Under the pieces are notes generated by a model, which made no database searches, was not told the DNA's origin, and worked only from the letters and a program-made list of their open reading frames with translations. Shown here piece after piece: positions 29,542 through 39,198 of a stretch of DNA of 43,471 nucleotides. Numbering within the stretch: the first letter of the stretch is position 1; the number at the start of each line of letters is the position of its first letter. This stretch comes from Armatimonadota bacterium (GTDB taxonomy: Bacteria; Armatimonadota; Fimbriimonadia; Fimbriimonadales; GBS-DC): assembly GCA_037445735.1 (NCBI GenBank), contig JBBIJY010000023.1:1-43471 (forward strand). Direction: 5' to 3'. Position numbers and translations under genes: made by a program.

Positions 29542-30230
29542 TGGCGCTCAACGAGGCGGTTCTGCGAAGGGTCATCCTTGCGCTGGACACGCCGAACCTT
29601 GAGCAGGCGTGCGAATGGGTGGAGCGATTTCGCAACCATGTGCATGCCTTCAAGGTGGGCAGCGCACTGGTGATGCGCTATGGGCTGGAGGGTCTGGAGC
29701 CGTTGCGTCGGGCGGGGGCGCAGCGGCTCTTTCTCGATCTGAAGCTGCACGATATTCCGCACGCCGTCGCGCTCGCGGTGCGTCAGGCGTCCGCGCTGGG
29801 CGTGTGGATGCTCACTTTGCACATCAGCGGAGGCGGTGCGATGCTGAAGGCTGCCTGTGAAGCGGTGGCAGGTTGTGAGCCGCGCCCGTTGCTGATGGGC
29901 GTGACGGTGCTGACCAGTCTGGACGCGCCTGCGCTAACAGAGATTGGCATCGCGCGTTCACCCCGCGCGCAGGTGCTGCGCCTGACACGCCTGGCGCACG
30001 CCTGCGGGCTGGACGGCATCATCGCCTCTCCGCAGGAGGTTCGTGCGGTGCGCCGCCGCTTCCCGCCGCCCTTTCTGATTGTAACGCCCGGCGTGCGCCC
30101 TGCAGGGACTGCCAGTGGCGACCAGAAGCGTGTCGCCACGCCCGAAGACGCGCTGCGCTGGGGTGCCGACTACCTCGTGATGGGGCGTGCCCTGCTCAAT
30201 CCCAGCGACGCTCCCACGCCCACTGAATGA
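29538..30230 (+). CDS. pyrF: Orotidine-5'-phosphate decarboxylase
   Basis: ILALD, FKVG, FLDLKLHDIP, VTVLTS, TPGVRP, DQKR and GADYLVMGR. Confidence 0.96.
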   Translation: MMALNEAVLRRVILALDTPNLEQACEWVERFRNHVHAFKVGSALVMRYGLEGLEPLRRAGAQRLFLDLKLHDIPHAVALAVRQASALGVWMLTLHISGGGAMLKAACEAVAGCEPRPLLMGVTVLTSLDAPALTEIGIARSPRAQVLRLTRLAHACGLDGIIASPQEVRAVRRRFPPPFLIVTPGVRPAGTASGDQKRVATPEDALRWGADYLVMGRALLNPSDAPTPTE

Positions 30231-31443
30231 GCGCCAGTACCGCCGGGAACACCTCCTCGCCGTTGGGGCGAATCTGGTCTGGCGGTAAGAGAAACCCATA
30301 CTGACCCGTGTCGCGCAGCTCAAAGGCGAACGCCAGCGCACCCTGAACGCCATACGCCCAGTCAGCCGCATTCCCGCTCGCAGGATAGATGGTCGTGTAG
30401 GTGGGACCTGCCGTGTAGATTAAGCCGTGCACGCTGGCAATCAGCGATTGCATCTGCAGACCCACCCGACGGAACACCGGATCATGCGGCGCGAGCTGGC
30501 TTGTGTAGCCCCACGGCCAGAGAATCAGTTGTGAATAGTTGTGAATGTCGAGCGTCGCCCGCAGCAGGGGCAGGCTCGCCATCCAGCGGCTGAGCGTGTC
30601 GGTCTCCGGCTCGGAGAAGGGCGCGAGTCCGCGGTAGGTCTGCGAGCGCGGGTCCCGACTGGCGCCCTCGCCACCCCACTGATAGCCCCAGTTGCGATTC
30701 AAATCGACCCCATAGGTCGGCTGACCATTCACGATGCCCAGATAGCGCCGATTCTTGCGCCACAGGCGGTCGGTTGTCCATGTGTAGTCATAGCCGTCGG
30801 GGTTGACCACGGGCACGATGTAGACCTCGGTGCGCTGGAGCAGGTTCGTGACGCGCGTGTCGGTGCCGTAGCGTGCTGCCAGTTCATACGCCAGATAGAG
30901 TGCGACGGAGACCGTAATCCATTCGCGGGCGTGCTGACAGGCGTTGATGACCACCTGCGGGCGGTTGCGATAGACGCGGGCAAGGCGCGGGTCTTTCGTC
31001 AGGCGTAGCGCGTAGATCGGGCGACCCTCCACCGAGCGACCCACCAGCAACATCTGCACCAGGCGCGGGTTCTGACTCGCCAGCGCCCGCATCGCGGTAT
31101 AGACCTCCTGCAGGGTCAGATAGCGTGAGAAAATATCACCGCCCTGCGTCTGGAACTCGCTCTGCTGCTGGCGAATGAGCGCGCCCACATCCTCAATCAG
31201 CACCTCCCAGCGATAGCCCGCCTTTTGCAACCACTCCCGCTGCGAGGGCGACACGCACACATCCACCGTACGCCCGCGCGGATGGCACGCCCACACATCG
31301 ATCAGCTGCTCGTCCAGTGTAGCCAGCTGCTTGAGGTTATCGAGCTGCAGGCGCAGCACCTGATAGCCCGAATAGTCCACCTTCTGCGCCCACAGTGCCA
31401 CGAGCAATAGCGCGAAGCCAAACGCCGTAATCCATCGTCGCAT
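30196..31443 (-). CDS. Secreted M14 zinc carboxypeptidase with pro-domain
   Basis: QHAREW, NPDGY, WRKNR, GVDLNRN, FSEPET, DIHNY and FELRD. Signal peptide from ATG 31443, which is 6 nt after TATAAT. Confidence 0.93.
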   Translation of the reverse strand: MRRWITAFGFALLLVALWAQKVDYSGYQVLRLQLDNLKQLATLDEQLIDVWACHPRGRTVDVCVSPSQREWLQKAGYRWEVLIEDVGALIRQQQSEFQTQGGDIFSRYLTLQEVYTAMRALASQNPRLVQMLLVGRSVEGRPIYALRLTKDPRLARVYRNRPQVVINACQHAREWITVSVALYLAYELAARYGTDTRVTNLLQRTEVYIVPVVNPDGYDYTWTTDRLWRKNRRYLGIVNGQPTYGVDLNRNWGYQWGGEGASRDPRSQTYRGLAPFSEPETDTLSRWMASLPLLRATLDIHNYSQLILWPWGYTSQLAPHDPVFRRVGLQMQSLIASVHGLIYTAGPTYTTIYPASGNAADWAYGVQGALAFAFELRDTGQYGFLLPPDQIRPNGEEVFPAVLALIQWAWERRWD

Positions 31444-31467
31444 GTCAGTATTATAGCCCATCCTGTT

Positions 31468-32172
31468 TCACAGCAGGCTGCTGACCCGTCGGCGTCGGGC
31501 TCGCGGCGGCACAGCGAACGCCACTGCATAGAGACAGCCAATCTCCGCACCTCGCACCCGCGCCAGCGCCCGATAGTAGTCGATGTACGGAAAGTGCGAA
31601 ATCCCGCCCCGAAACAGCTCATATTTTTCGGCAGCTTGCTGCCACAGCGCAATATCGGCTTCGGTAATCTCCAGAAAGACCTCGGGCTCGAAACCTTCCT
31701 GATCCTCCCAGTTCTCGGCGTAGTAGAGATGTGGCACCCAGTGGGGCGGGTGTTCGCGCTCGAAGCCCCGTATGGCGGCATAGAAGATAGCGTTAGGGAT
31801 ATTAAGGGCACAGGCGGTATGGTCCTTATGGATGCTGCCATGCCAGTGGGTGAGAATGACTTGCGGGCGACAGGCGCGAATCACATCGCAAATCTGGAAC
31901 TGCACCTCGTCGTTGATGGGCAGTTCGCCATCACGATAGTCCAGCGTGTAGAGCTGGGCGCCGTACACCGCGGCTGCCGCGCGTGCCTCCTCATGCTTCT
32001 GCCGCGCATATTGCTCCGCTGGCAGGCTGGGATGCCCCTTCTCGCCTGGTGTCAGATGCAGAATCGCGACCGTTTTGCCCTGTCGCACATGGGCAGCAAG
32101 CGCCATTCCGCAGGCAATCTCCACATCACCCATATGCGCTCCAATCGCCAGAATATCCACACGCTCGCGCAT
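31468..32172 (-). CDS. PIG-L/LmbE-family N-acetylglucosaminide deacetylase (BshB1/MshB-like)
   Basis: ILAIGAHMGDVE, LTPGEKG, DGEL, IRACRPQVILTH and HKDH. Confidence 0.85.
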   Translation of the reverse strand: MRERVDILAIGAHMGDVEIACGMALAAHVRQGKTVAILHLTPGEKGHPSLPAEQYARQKHEEARAAAAVYGAQLYTLDYRDGELPINDEVQFQICDVIRACRPQVILTHWHGSIHKDHTACALNIPNAIFYAAIRGFEREHPPHWVPHLYYAENWEDQEGFEPEVFLEITEADIALWQQAAEKYELFRGGISHFPYIDYYRALARVRGAEIGCLYAVAFAVPPRARRRRVSSLL

Positions 32173-32175
32173 CGC

Positions 32176-33120
32176 TCACAGCTCCTTCCGCAAGACGGCA
32201 AATCGGCGAGCCTCGACGAAGCCCGCTGCATGATAGAGTCGTTCGGCGGTGCGATCGTCCGACCAGAGGAAGTAGGCGGTGTGCAATCCCTGCTGGCGCA
32301 TTGCCTGCAGGGTATGGAACATCAGCACCTGTCCGATGCCACGCCCGCGCTGCGCGCGGGCGACTCCAATAGGACCGAACCGCTCATTCTCGAAATGGCT
32401 GAAGCCCAGCACCTCACCCTGTTGATGCGCCAGATAGAGGCGTTGCGGGTTCTCGCCCGTTTCGATGCGGGCAATCGCCTCGCGTGCCACGCGCTGCCAG
32501 TCGCCGGCGAACTCCGCCTTCAGAAAGCGCATCAGTGGCAGAAGCAGCTCCGCCCGATATGGCTCCACCACCACGCCCTCCTGTCGCAACACCTGCTCGC
32601 GCTCGCGCACCCAGTCAGGGATGCGCAATTGCCACAGATTACAGCTCATCGCGAGCGGGCGATAGACCTCCTGATAACCGTGCCGCTGGAAGAATGCCAG
32701 CGCGCCCGCGTATGCGTGGATGTCGATGCCAGGCAGGAAGTAATGCGGAGCATAGGGGGAGACCAGCACGACACGCCGCGCCCGCGCCCGCAGGAAGTCC
32801 TCCAGCTGTTCCAGCAGGCGTGTGCCGATGCCCTGCCGTTGATAATCAGGGTGGACGCCCATCAGCGTGAGGTAGCCCCTGTCGGTGTCGGGTGGAGCAT
32901 CCTCCAGCGGCGTGCGCCGTGCGAGCGCCAGCCCGAAACCGACCACGCGCTCGCCCCGCAACGCCACCCGCGCGCCCTCGGGCTCGAAGTTCGGATCGAG
33001 CAGCACCTTGCGCACAAACAGGCTCGGGGAGATGGGGTCGGCATGCAGGGCAGCTTGCAGCACCGCCACCACACCCTGCAACCATTCACCCGCAAATGGC
33101 TCTATCCGAACAGTGTGCAT
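32176..33120 (-). CDS. Tandem GNAT acetyltransferase (MshD-like architecture)
   Basis: Two acetyl-CoA motif A copies: GVHPDYQRQGIG and GVARAQRGRGIG. Confidence 0.88.
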   Translation of the reverse strand: MHTVRIEPFAGEWLQGVVAVLQAALHADPISPSLFVRKVLLDPNFEPEGARVALRGERVVGFGLALARRTPLEDAPPDTDRGYLTLMGVHPDYQRQGIGTRLLEQLEDFLRARARRVVLVSPYAPHYFLPGIDIHAYAGALAFFQRHGYQEVYRPLAMSCNLWQLRIPDWVREREQVLRQEGVVVEPYRAELLLPLMRFLKAEFAGDWQRVAREAIARIETGENPQRLYLAHQQGEVLGFSHFENERFGPIGVARAQRGRGIGQVLMFHTLQAMRQQGLHTAYFLWSDDRTAERLYHAAGFVEARRFAVLRKEL

Positions 33121-33166
33121 TCCCTTATTAAACCCGCAAGCCACCAGCGGGTATGATTATCCTGCG

Positions 33167-34829
33167 ATGAGAAGGGGACTGGTCGGATGTGGAATCGCCC
33201 TCGGCGTGCTGTTGATCGCCGGGGGTCTTTTTTGGGCGCTGCGTGGCGCAGGCGCCCGCGTTAGCAACCCCGGCGAGCGCATCTACACCGTTCGGCGCGG
33301 CGCCATCACCGTCGATGTTACCGAGTCGGGCGCGATAGAGCCAGTGCGCACGGTGGAGATTAAATCACGCGTGTCGGGTCGGCTGGCGGCGCTGCTGGTG
33401 GACGAGGGCGCGCGTGCGGGCGGGGCAACTGCTGGCGCGAATCGACCCGCGTGAGGTGCAACAGCAGGTGGAGCAGGGCAGTGCGCAGGTCGAATCGGCG
33501 CGACTCAGCACCGCACAGGCGCAACTTGCACTCCAGATGCAGGCGAAAGAGGCTCGCCTCGCCGTGCGTCAGGCGCAGCTGCGCGTGGAGCCGATGGAGC
33601 GCGAGCCGAAAGCGCAGTCCGCGCTCACATAGGCTGCCCTCCGTGCCGCCGAAGCCGCCTATCAGAGCGCACAGGAGAACCTTCGCATGCTGGAGCAGGT
33701 GAAGCACCCGCAGGAGCGCATCGAGGTGGCGAACGCTGTACGCGACGCCGAAGCCCGCCTGCAGGAAGCCCAGCGCAACTATGAGCGCGTCCAATCCCTG
33801 CACGAGAAGGGCTATGTGTCACGTCAACAGCTCGATGCGGCACAAACCACGCTCACGCTCGCCCAGAGCCAGCTCCAGTCGGCACGCCAGCGCCAGCAGC
33901 AGTTAGCCGAGCAGCAGCGCATCGAGATCGAAACGGCACGGTCGAACCTGAAGTCGGCGCAGGCGGAGCTGGAACGCGCCCGCGCCAGCGCCGTTCAGGA
34001 CGAAATCAAGCGCAAAGCCTACGAAGCCGCGCTCGCTGAACTCGAATCGGCACGCAATCGCCTGCGGGAGATCGAAATGCGCCAGCTGGAACTCAAGCGG
34101 GCACAGGCTGCCGAGAAGCAGGCGAGCAGTCAGCTGCGCAACTGGCTCATCCAGCTTGCCGAGACCGATGTGCGCAGCCCCATCGATGGCATCGTCACGC
34201 GCCGCTATCGCGAAGTGGGCGAGCTGGTGATGTCGGGCACGACGGGCTTCGGTGAGGGCACACCCATCCTGCAAATCGCCGACCTGTCGCAGATGCGCGT
34301 GCGACTGAACCTGAACGAGCTGGATGTGGCGAAAGTGCGCGTCGGCATGCGGGCGGAGGTGCGGGTGGACGCCTTGCCGGAGCGCGTTTTTCGAGGACTG
34401 GTGAAGCGCATCGCGCCTGCTGCCCAGCAACTGGCGAACAGCAGCCCGCTCGGCTCCGCGCTGGGCGTGGTCAAGTTCGCCGTGGAGGTCTACCTTCAGC
34501 AGAGCGATCCATCGCTGCGACCGGGCATGACCGCCCGCTGCTGGATTATCACCGCCTCGCGCGAGAACGCGCTCACACTGCCCCTCGAAGCGCTGGGCAG
34601 GGAGGGCGACCGCTACTATGTGCTGAAGCTCAACCCTGCCGTGCGCGACGCGCAGGGCAAGCCGAAGCGCGAGAAGGTGTTCGTGCAGGTCGGACTGCGC
34701 GACACCCGCCACGCCGAGATTCTCAGCGGGCTGAACGAGGGCGATCAGGTGGTCAAGCCGCCCTTTGCGGGTCCTGCCCGACGCCAGTTTGAACTGGAAG
34801 AAGGGCGACGAGAGGAACAAGACCGATGA
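33167..34829 (+). pseudogene. MacA/HlyD-family periplasmic adaptor, disrupted
   Basis: Frameshift in the (GC)n run at about 33408-33414 (VDEG|VRAGQLLARIDP) and an in-frame TAG at 33630-33632. The rest is intact (VRSPIDGIV, LRPGMTA). Confidence 0.8.
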
Positions 34830-36058
34830 CAGGGCTGCTCGAAGCCGTTCGGGTCGCGCTGGACACCCTGCGTGCGCATAAACTGCGCTCGTTCCTGACG
34901 ATGCTGGGCGTGATTATCGGCGTGATGGCGGTCGTGGTGATGGTCGCGCTGATTGAGGGCGCCCGCGCCAGCGTCGTTGAGGAGTTCGAAAAGCTCGGCT
35001 CCGATGTGATTATCGTGGCGTATGACCCCAGCGAGCGCCTGCGCCGTGAGGAGCGCGGCGGCACGGTCGAAGGGCTGACCATGGAAGACTTTGAAGCTAT
35101 TTGCGCCCTGCCCGAGCTGCGAATTGTTGCCGCCGAGCGCAGTATGGGCGAGAAGGAGGTTCTCTACCAGGGTCAGCGCGTGCGCGCCTCCGTGTCGGGC
35201 ATCAGCGATGGCTACTTGACCGCGCGCGCCCTCACCATCGAGCGGGGACGCTTCTTCGAACCGCGCGAGCTCGAATCGGGCGAAAAGGTCGCATTGCTGG
35301 GTTATGAAACCGCTCAGAAGCTCTTCGGCAAGCGCGACCCTATCGGGCAGGATATTCTGCTGGACGGCACGCAGGTGCGCGTGATTGGCGTGCTGGCGAA
35401 GCGCGGCAGTACCTTCGGCGAGAATCAGGACACGCGCGTCTATCTGCCGCTCTATGCCGCCCTGCGCCGCTGGACTGGCGATGAGACCCTCTCCGTGATT
35501 CTCGCGATGCCGTACTCGCGCGAGCAGACCCCGGCGGCGCTGGACGCCATCTGGGAGACGCTGATGCGCCTGCACAACAACCAGCCCGACTTCCGCGTGG
35601 ACACGCTGGAGACCATCGTGAAGGCGATTTCGCGCGTGATTTCGCTGTTCGGTGTGCTGCTGGGCGGTATTGCGGGGCTGGCGCTGCTGGTGGGCGGCAT
35701 CGGCATCATGAACATCATGCTGGTGTCGGTGACGGAGCGCACGCGCGAGATCGGCTTACGCAAGGCGGTCGGCGCCCGCAAGGGGCAGATTCTGCTCCAG
35801 TTTCTGATTGAATCGGCGACGCTGGCGACGATTGGCGGGCTGATCGGCATGGCGCTGGGCTGGGGCATCGGCGAGGGCATCGAATGGCTCACACGCCAGT
35901 CGCATGCGTTCGGCAACGAAGGACTGCGTTTCTACTTCCCGCTGTGGGCAGCGGTGGGCGCGTCGCTGTTCTCGGCAGCAGTCGGCGTGCTGTTCGGCAT
36001 CTATCCCGCCTGGCGTGCCGCCAATATGGACCCCATCGTCGCCCTGCGCTACGAGTAA
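34826..36058 (+). CDS. MacB-family ABC transporter permease
   Basis: HKLRSFLTMLGVIIGV, GIGIMNIMLVSVTERTREIGLRKAVGA and YPAWRAANMDPIVALRYE. Confidence 0.94.
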   Translation: MTGLLEAVRVALDTLRAHKLRSFLTMLGVIIGVMAVVVMVALIEGARASVVEEFEKLGSDVIIVAYDPSERLRREERGGTVEGLTMEDFEAICALPELRIVAAERSMGEKEVLYQGQRVRASVSGISDGYLTARALTIERGRFFEPRELESGEKVALLGYETAQKLFGKRDPIGQDILLDGTQVRVIGVLAKRGSTFGENQDTRVYLPLYAALRRWTGDETLSVILAMPYSREQTPAALDAIWETLMRLHNNQPDFRVDTLETIVKAISRVISLFGVLLGGIAGLALLVGGIGIMNIMLVSVTERTREIGLRKAVGARKGQILLQFLIESATLATIGGLIGMALGWGIGEGIEWLTRQSHAFGNEGLRFYFPLWAAVGASLFSAAVGVLFGIYPAWRAANMDPIVALRYE

Positions 36059-36228
36059 GGGCGTTGCACGGAGGGGCTTTGCGAGCCATGCCCGAAACCA
36101 CTCCTCAAGCAACGCGATCGCCGCCGCAACAGGGTGTGGGGTAATGGCGACGCGCGAGGCTGCCGAAAATAGGGGTAAGGACGCGGTCACCAGAGGGGCA
36201 AGGACAGGGTTACCGCGTCCCCACGGCT

Positions 36229-37380
36229 ATGCTGGGTCTGGACATCGGCAGTCGCGCGATTTACCTCACGCGCTATTCGAACGGCGCTGTGCTGGCGTTC
36301 GGGCAGTGTCCCACTCCGCCTGAAAGTGTGGTGGACGGCATCGTGGTGGAGCCGCAGCGGGTTGCGGACGCGCTCAGCGGGCTGATGCGCCGCATGCGCC
36401 TGCGCGAATCGAATGTGTGCCTTGTGGTCGGCGGCGCGCTGGTGGTCAATAAATGGGTGGAGGTACCGCGTCTGTCGCCCGATGAGCTGAACCAGTCGGC
36501 GTCGCTGGAGGCGCCACGCCACCTGCCACCCTCGCGCGAGCCGATGCTCTACCGATTCTGGGTGCCACCCGATGCGTCCCAATCGTCGGGCGACACGATG
36601 GTCGCGCGGCTGATCGCCGTGTCGGAGGCAGCGGTTCACTCGCGACTGGACACGGCTCTGCTAACGGGCTTGCACCCTGTGAGCGTTCTGCCCGAAGCGG
36701 ACGCGCTGGTGCGCGTGCTGACCCGCCACCATCGCCCCCATAGCCTGCTCTGGCGCGGCAGGGCGACCGCGCTGATGGCTATCCGCTACGACTACACCGA
36801 GATGTCCATCGCCCGTGAGACCCATCTGGAGTTCACCCGCACGCTGCGAATCGGGCTGGAAGACGCGATAGAGGTTATCCAGCGGTCGCTCGGCGCCTCG
36901 TTCGAGGAAGCGGAGGCGTTGCTGAAGGAGTGCCAGCTCGATGAACATGGCACGCTCCACTTTGCGGAAGGGCTGGGGCTGCCGCCCGTGTCGCTGCTGG
37001 GCTTCTTGCATACGCTGACCGCCGAGATGCGTCGCCTGATCGACTTCCAGCGTTCGCGCTTCCCCGAAGGCAGCTATCTCGGTCTGCTGGACAGCTTTCT
37101 GATCACGGGCGAGGGCGCGATTCTGAGCGGGCTGACACGCTACTGCTCGCACAGTCTGGGGCTGACCTGCCTGACAGGCGACCTGTTGAGCGCGTTGCAC
37201 TGGCGCGTGCCTGTGCAAGATCGTCGCCCCAAGGAGATGGGGCGCTATGTGGCGGCGCTCGGCGCCGCCGTCGAAGGCGAGCCCGGCTTCGCCACATGGA
37301 GTGCTGAAGCGCAGGTTCAGCACTCCATAGATAAACTCTCTGAGACCGCATCACTGGAGCAGGGGGTGCGCACGGCATGA
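36229..37380 (+). CDS. pilM: Type IV pilus/T2SS assembly protein PilM-like (actin-like)
   Basis: LGLDIG start, TPPESVVDGIVVEP and ITGEGA.LSGL; first gene of a coupled 5-gene operon. Confidence 0.75.
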   Translation: MLGLDIGSRAIYLTRYSNGAVLAFGQCPTPPESVVDGIVVEPQRVADALSGLMRRMRLRESNVCLVVGGALVVNKWVEVPRLSPDELNQSASLEAPRHLPPSREPMLYRFWVPPDASQSSGDTMVARLIAVSEAAVHSRLDTALLTGLHPVSVLPEADALVRVLTRHHRPHSLLWRGRATALMAIRYDYTEMSIARETHLEFTRTLRIGLEDAIEVIQRSLGASFEEAEALLKECQLDEHGTLHFAEGLGLPPVSLLGFLHTLTAEMRRLIDFQRSRFPEGSYLGLLDSFLITGEGAILSGLTRYCSHSLGLTCLTGDLLSALHWRVPVQDRRPKEMGRYVAALGAAVEGEPGFATWSAEAQVQHSIDKLSETASLEQGVRTA

Positions 37381-37958
37381 GTTTCCATTCGCTGAATCTG
37401 CTATCGGAGTGGGCGGGTCGGCGACAGCGCGAGATTCGTCAGGCGCAGCTGTGGCTGAGCGTGCTAACGGTGAGCCTGCTGATGGCGGTCGCGGGCGCGC
37501 TCTATCTGCTCCACCAGTTGCCGGAAGCGGTTCGCCAGCGGGCGCACTGGCAGCGCCAGCGGGAGCGGGTTCAATCGGCGCAGGTGGCACCCCCCGCGCC
37601 GCCGTTCCCCGAAGAGAAGCTGACCCACGCCCGCCTGCGCACGATGGAGTTCAATCTGATCCTGCTGGCGATCACACGCCTGCTGCCCCGCGCCGCCAGC
37701 CTGCAGGAAGCGACCATCGCTCATCAGCCCGATATGGGGCTGACCATCACCCTGCGCGGTAGCACGCAGGGCTTCGAACCCGTGCGCCTCTACACGGAAC
37801 GCCTGCGCAACACGGGACTGTTCTCGGATGTAACGCCCCTCTCCGTCACCCGCGCCACCGACACGCAGAAACGGAGCCAGTTCGAGATTCGTCTGGTCGT
37901 GCCTGTTGGTTCCGAGCAGCCATCCGCGCCACCCGCTGAAGGGGGTGAGAATCCGTGA
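37377..37958 (+). CDS. pilN: PilN-like protein
   Basis: LNLL N-terminal motif, a single TM, coiled coil and ferredoxin-like C-terminus; ATGA overlap. Confidence 0.7.
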   Translation: MSFHSLNLLSEWAGRRQREIRQAQLWLSVLTVSLLMAVAGALYLLHQLPEAVRQRAHWQRQRERVQSAQVAPPAPPFPEEKLTHARLRTMEFNLILLAITRLLPRAASLQEATIAHQPDMGLTITLRGSTQGFEPVRLYTERLRNTGLFSDVTPLSVTRATDTQKRSQFEIRLVVPVGSEQPSAPPAEGGENP

Positions 37959-38548
37959 ATCGGGCGCTCACGCGCTTCTGGGCACAGCTGGTGCTGGCAC
38001 CACAGCGACTGCGCCAGCTGCAGCGGATAGCGATTGGCTGCGCAGTTGTCTCCACGCTCCTGCTCGGCATCGGCTTCGTGCAGCTGAACCGTATCCGCAC
38101 GGAAGCCGATTCGTATCGGGCAGAGGCGCTGATGCCAGCAGAACAGAATCAGCTGCCCCCTGAAAAGCAGGCGGTGCTCAAAGAGATTCAGCAGATTGCC
38201 GCCACGCTCACCAGCACGCCCAACGCGCAGGCGTTCGCCATCAGTCGACTGAGCCAGATTGCCTATCGGCAGGGGCTGACGCTCACGGGTGTGGAGACCG
38301 CCGACGCGCCCAACAGCTCTGGTCAGAGCACCAACAACAGCGAATGGCACGCCCGCCTGTTGCGCTTCCGCGTCAGTGGCTCCAGCCAGCAGGTGCTACG
38401 CTGGCTGCAGAGCCTCGAAGCCGTGCCGCTGGTCATCCGACTCACTGGCGTGCAGATTGCTGCCGACACGAACGCCCTCAAGGGCGTGAACGCGGTCGTG
38501 GAGATGGAGCTGCTGTTGCCACCCTCACGCGGAGGTGTATCCCCATGA
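37955..38548 (+). CDS. PilO/GspM-like protein
   Basis: Single TM; C-terminal FRVSGSSQQVLRWLQSLE..P; position in the operon. Confidence 0.65.
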   Translation: MNRALTRFWAQLVLAPQRLRQLQRIAIGCAVVSTLLLGIGFVQLNRIRTEADSYRAEALMPAEQNQLPPEKQAVLKEIQQIAATLTSTPNAQAFAISRLSQIAYRQGLTLTGVETADAPNSSGQSTNNSEWHARLLRFRVSGSSQQVLRWLQSLEAVPLVIRLTGVQIAADTNALKGVNAVVEMELLLPPSRGGVSP

Positions 38549-39198
38549 AGCGACCGAATCGCCAGACTTTGCTGATAGCAGGGGCAGGCCTGGGTCTGCT
38601 CGTCATGCTTTTCAATCTGCTATCGGGTTCGGGCGGGGATTCAGTGGAACCGTCCCCGCCTGCGCTGCAGCAGGCAGCGCCATCGGCGGATCAGCCTGCC
38701 TTCCAGAACGGGTCGGCTGCCCCTGCCACCCCTGAGTTCTATCAGCGCGTGCGCCAGCAGCTGATGGCGGTGACGCCAGAGCATCAGGAGCCGTTCGTGC
38801 CGATGGAGCGCGCCGCTCCACCAGCCGATTCTTCGGGCAATCAGCCTGGGTCATCGGTGAACCCGCTGCCGGTGCCGCCGTTCAACCCGCAACTGGCGCT
38901 GGTGCAGGCGGAGTCATCCACCAACGGTTCCGCGAAGGAGCCACATCCGATCACCGCTCCGGCATCTCCCACAAAGGCGGATTCAAGCGAGCCATCCAAT
39001 ACAACGGCGCGGCTGCGCGGGCGGATTTACGACCGTGTGAACGGCAAACTCACCGTGCTGTTTGAGCTGAACGGTACGCTCCTGCGTGCCACGAACGAAC
39101 CCGATAGCGAATGGCGTATCATCAAAGTCGGGTCGCGCCAGATTACCCTGCGTAATGGCAATCGCACGCTTGTGCTGGAGGTTCCCTATGCGCCCTGA
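38545..39198 (+). CDS. PilP/GspC-like membrane-anchored protein
   Basis: N-terminal TM, Pro-rich linker and beta-rich C-terminal domain (LRGRI...WRIIKV...ITLRNG). GGAGG SD and ATGA overlap. Confidence 0.55.
   Translation: MKRPNRQTLLIAGAGLGLLVMLFNLLSGSGGDSVEPSPPALQQAAPSADQPAFQNGSAAPATPEFYQRVRQQLMAVTPEHQEPFVPMERAAPPADSSGNQPGSSVNPLPVPPFNPQLALVQAESSTNGSAKEPHPITAPASPTKADSSEPSNTTARLRGRIYDRVNGKLTVLFELNGTLLRATNEPDSEWRIIKVGSRQITLRNGNRTLVLEVPYAP

Noticed and set aside
36140..36220. c-di-GMP-I riboswitch upstream of pilM (GGGTTACCG and GCTGCCGAA words)
   Set aside because: The GGCAAA...GAAA...GCAAAGC core is absent; the resemblance is limited to short words.
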